Of a DNA stretch of 64,000 nucleotides, positions 61,004 to 64,000 are shown piece by piece. Both the position numbers and the translations under genes were made by a program. Where the stretch lies: NCBI RefSeq assembly GCF_030684315.1, contig NC_081397.1, positions 10,378,421-10,442,420 on the forward strand. The letters run 5' to 3'. The notes beneath the pieces are model-generated. The model searched no databases, was not told the origin of the DNA, and worked only from the letters and a program-made list of their open reading frames with translations. How positions within the stretch are numbered: position 1 is the stretch's first letter; the number at the start of each line of letters is the position of its first letter. Origin of the DNA: Stegostoma tigrinum. Taxonomy: Eukaryota.

Positions 61004-63487
61004 GTGACCCCGCCCACGGCCGACGCCGACGGAACCCCGCCCACGGCCGACGCCGACGGAACCCCGCCCACGGCCGACGGAACCCCACCCACGGCCGACG
61101 ACATCATCGCTCCGCCCACAACCTCCACAGCCTGCAACCCCAGAGGAGACAGCCACCCTGAGCCCTGCCGAATCTTCACCATCCCCCCAGACCTCCCACT
61201 GACTGAGGACGAACGGTCAGTCCTGAGCAAGGGGCTCACCTTTGTCCCCCTACAACCACACATCAACGAATACCAGTCACGGTCGGACATAGAGCAGTTT
61301 TTCCGCCGTCTTCGCCTGCATGCCTACTTCTTCAACCGGGAACCCAACCCTCCTTCCACTGACCCCTTCACCCGCTTCCAACACAAGTCCTCCTCCTGGA
61401 CACCACCCCCAGGCCTCCTACCCTCCCTCGACCTCTTCATCTCCAACTGCCGTCGAGACATTAACCGCCTCAACCTCTCCACCCCTCTCACCCACTCCAA
61501 CCTCTCCCCCGCAGAACGGGCAGCCCTCCGCTCCCTCCGCTCCAACCCCAACCTCACCATCAAACCCGCAGACAAGGGTGGCGCAGTGGTAGTATGGCGT
61601 ACTGACCTCTACATCGCCGAGGCCAGACGCCAACTCTCCGACACCACCTCCTACCGCCTCCTCGATCATGACCCCACACCCGAGCACCAAACCATCATCT
61701 CCAACACCATTCATGACCTCATCACCTCAGGGGACCTCCCACCCACAGCCTCCAACCTCATTGTTCCCCAACCCCGCACAGCCCGTTTCTATCTCCTTCC
61801 CAAAATCCACAAACCTGCCTGCCCTGGTCGACCCATCGTCTCAGCCTGCTCCTGCCCCACCGAACTCATCTCCACCTATCTGGACTCCATTTTCTCCCCT
61901 TTGGTCCAGGAACTCCCCACCTATGTCCGTGACACCACCCACGCCCTCCACCTCCTCCAGGACTTCCAATTCCCTGGCCCCCAACACCTCATATTCACCA
62001 TGGACGTCCAGTCCCTGTACACCTGCATTCCGCATGGAGATGGCCTCAAGGCCCTCCGCTTCTTCCTGTCCCGCAGGCCCGACCAGGCCCCCTCCACCGA
62101 CACTCTCATCCGCCTAGCGGAACTCGTCCTCACACTCAACAACTTCTCTTTTGACTCCTCCCACTTCCTACAGACTAAGGGGGTGGCCATGGGCACCCGC
62201 ATGGGCCCCAGCTATGCCTGCCTCTTTGTAGGTTACGTGGAACAGTCCATCTTCCGCACCTACACAGGCCCCAAACCCCACCTCTTCCTCCGGTACATTG
62301 ATGACTGTATCGGCGCCGCCTCTTGCTCCCCAGAGGAGCTCGAACAGTTCATCCACTTCACCAACACCTTCCACCCCAACCTTCAGTTCACCTGGGCCAT
62401 CTCCAGCACATCCCTCACCTTCCTGGACCTCTCAGTCTCCATCTCAGGCAACCAGCTTGTAACTGATGTCCATTTCAAGCCCACCGACTCCCACAGCTAC
62501 CTAGAATACACCTCCTCCCACCCACCCTCCTGCAAAAACTCCATCCCCTATTCCCAATTCCTCCGCCTCCGCCGCATCTGCTCCCACGATAAGACATTCC
62601 ACTCCCGCACATCCCAGATGTCCAAGTTCTTTAAGGACCGCAACTTCCCCCCCACGGTGATTGAGAACGCCCTTGACCGCGTCTCCCGCATTTCCCGCGA
62701 CACATCCCTCACACCCCGCCCCCGCCACAACCGCCCCAAGAGGATCCCCCTCGTTCTCACACACCACCCTACCAACCTCCGGATACAACGCATTATCCTC
62801 CGACACTTCCGCCATTTACAATCCGACCCCACCACCCAAGACATTTTTCCATCCCCACCCCTGTCTGCTTTCCGGAGAGACCACTCTCTCCGTGACTCCC
62901 TTGTTCGCTCCACACTGCCCTCCAACCCCACCACACCCGGCACCTTCCCCTGCAACCGCAGGAAATGCTACACTTGTCCCCACACCTCCTCCCTCACCCC
63001 CATCCCAGGCCCCAAGATGACATTCCACATTAAGCAGAGGTTCACCTGCACATCTGCCAATGTGGTATACTGCATCCACTGTACCCGGTGCGGCTTTCTC
63101 TACATTGGGGAAACCAAGCGGAGGCTTGGGGACCGCTTTGCAGAACACCTCCGCTCAGTTCGCAACAAACAACTGCACCTCCCAGTCGCAAACCATTTCC
63201 ACTCCCCCTCCCATTCTCTTGATGACATGTCCATCATGGGCCTCCTGCACTGCCACAATGATGCCACCCGAAGGTTGCAGGAACAGCAACTCATATTCCG
63301 CCTGGGAACCCTGCAGCCATATGGTATCAATGTGGACTTCACCAGTTTCAAAATCTCCCCTTCCCCCACTGCATCCCTAAACCAGCCCAGTTCATCCCCT
63401 CCCCCCACTGCACCACACAACCAGCCCAGCTCTTCCCCCCCACCCACTGCATCCCAAAACCAGTCCAACCTGTCTCTGCCTCCCTAA
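61004..63487 (+). CDS. PLE reverse transcriptase / GIY-YIG endonuclease (827 codons, no native ATG; N-terminus truncated)
   Basis: KPADKGG, LPKIHK, GRPIVS, DVQSLYT, GVAMG, RYIDD; linker CNRRKCYTC; NVVYCIHC..LYIGET..R..EH. Confidence 0.95.
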   Translation: MTPPTADADGTPPTADADGTPPTADGTPPTADDIIAPPTTSTACNPRGDSHPEPCRIFTIPPDLPLTEDERSVLSKGLTFVPLQPHINEYQSRSDIEQFFRRLRLHAYFFNREPNPPSTDPFTRFQHKSSSWTPPPGLLPSLDLFISNCRRDINRLNLSTPLTHSNLSPAERAALRSLRSNPNLTIKPADKGGAVVVWRTDLYIAEARRQLSDTTSYRLLDHDPTPEHQTIISNTIHDLITSGDLPPTASNLIVPQPRTARFYLLPKIHKPACPGRPIVSACSCPTELISTYLDSIFSPLVQELPTYVRDTTHALHLLQDFQFPGPQHLIFTMDVQSLYTCIPHGDGLKALRFFLSRRPDQAPSTDTLIRLAELVLTLNNFSFDSSHFLQTKGVAMGTRMGPSYACLFVGYVEQSIFRTYTGPKPHLFLRYIDDCIGAASCSPEELEQFIHFTNTFHPNLQFTWAISSTSLTFLDLSVSISGNQLVTDVHFKPTDSHSYLEYTSSHPPSCKNSIPYSQFLRLRRICSHDKTFHSRTSQMSKFFKDRNFPPTVIENALDRVSRISRDTSLTPRPRHNRPKRIPLVLTHHPTNLRIQRIILRHFRHLQSDPTTQDIFPSPPLSAFRRDHSLRDSLVRSTLPSNPTTPGTFPCNRRKCYTCPHTSSLTPIPGPKMTFHIKQRFTCTSANVVYCIHCTRCGFLYIGETKRRLGDRFAEHLRSVRNKQLHLPVANHFHSPSHSLDDMSIMGLLHCHNDATRRLQEQQLIFRLGTLQPYGINVDFTSFKISPSPTASLNQPSSSPPPTAPHNQPSSSPPPTASQNQSNLSLPP

Positions 63488-63711
63488 CCGGTTCTTCCTC
63501 TCACCCATCCCTTCCTCCCACCCCCAGCCGCACCCCCAGCTACCTACTAACCTCATCCCACCTCCTTGACCTGTCCGTCTTCCCTGGACTGACCTATCCC
63601 CTCCCTACCTCCCCACCTACACCCTCTCCACCTATCTTCTTTGCTCTCCATCTTCGGTCCGCCTCCCCCTCTCTCCCTATTTATTCCAGTTCCCTCCCCC
63701 CATCCCCCTCT

Positions 63712-63741
63712 CTGATGAAGGGTCTAGGCCCGAAACGTCAG
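63712..63741 (+). ncRNA. Minimal type I hammerhead ribozyme motif (PLE)
   Basis: CTGATGA-A-GGGT-CTAG-GCCC-GAAA-C-GTC-AG; predicted cut after C63739. Confidence 0.78.
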
Positions 63742-63970
63742 CTTTTGTGCTCCTGAGATGCTGCTTGGCCTGCTGTGTTCATCCAGCCTCACATTTTATT
63801 ATCTTGGAATCTCCAGCATCTGCAGTTCCCATTATCTCTGACTCATTACCCTGTGCTGTTTGTCTCTGCAGCTCTAATATATGGCTGTGGATGTGGGGAA
63901 TGATGATAATCTGTCTCTACTTTGAATCCTTCACAGTTTAAAGAAAGGAACAATAATAAACGGTACTCAC

Positions 63971-64000
63971 GCCTGATGGACAAATGGAGCTGATTACTGC
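63971..64000 (-). CDS. Ig receptor: 3' end of an upstream Ig exon (runs off the window)
   Basis: SNQLHLSIR + C, donor GTGAGT at 63970-63965, phase 1. Splices to give ..LHLSIRRIPVSKP, a typical inter-domain junction. Confidence 0.8.

Larger units (their letters stand above)
61000..63840 (+). mobile_element. Young Penelope-like retroelement (Neptune-type), 5'-truncated, intronic and antisense to the Ig receptor
   Basis: Intact RT+GIY-YIG ORF, pyrimidine-rich 3' region, hammerhead motif. TGACTCATTA at 60990-60999 and 63839-63848. Confidence 0.96.

Noticed and set aside
61004-63487. Telomerase or a host reverse transcriptase gene
   Set aside because: The C-terminal GIY-YIG domain, target duplication, 5' truncation and multiple near-identical fragments identify a Penelope-like element.

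Overview
Vertebrate genomic DNA, very likely a cartilaginous fish (shark); this is inferred from the histone codon style, the CR1/SINE/Penelope repeat content and the Ig-receptor type. Three main layers are visible. (1) A replication-dependent histone quartet at 6.0-11.3 kb: H2B(+), H2A(+), H3(-), H4(-), with TATA/CCAAT promoters and 3' stem-loops. There is no H1, and three of the four genes carry lesions (H4 A38P, H2A stem-loop mismatch, H2B N67K and an altered octamer). (2) A minus-strand Ig-superfamily receptor gene that I assembled by hand from nine phase-compatible exons (>64000 to 42820): at least 3 Ig domains, a transmembrane helix, and a tail with three ITIMs plus a terminal YENI, i.e. 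Fc-receptor-like. A paralogous terminal exon lies 16.6 kb downstream (26056-26187). (3) A dense retroelement landscape: CR1 and other LINEs, tRNA-derived SINEs, a probable solo LTR, and many Penelope-like elements (PLEs), including an intact 827-codon RT+GIY-YIG ORF. The PLE ends carry a 30-nt minimal hammerhead-ribozyme motif. One insertion begins exactly at the predicted self-cleavage site, and several insertions are inverted (palindromic) pairs. In addition, an unannotated module (82-nt splice-flanked exon plus ~49-bp degenerate tandem array) occurs three times in the first 25 kb, once downstream of a CpG-rich promoter/first exon. Gene, exon and motif coordinates were counted by hand; boundaries of degraded repeats are approximate.
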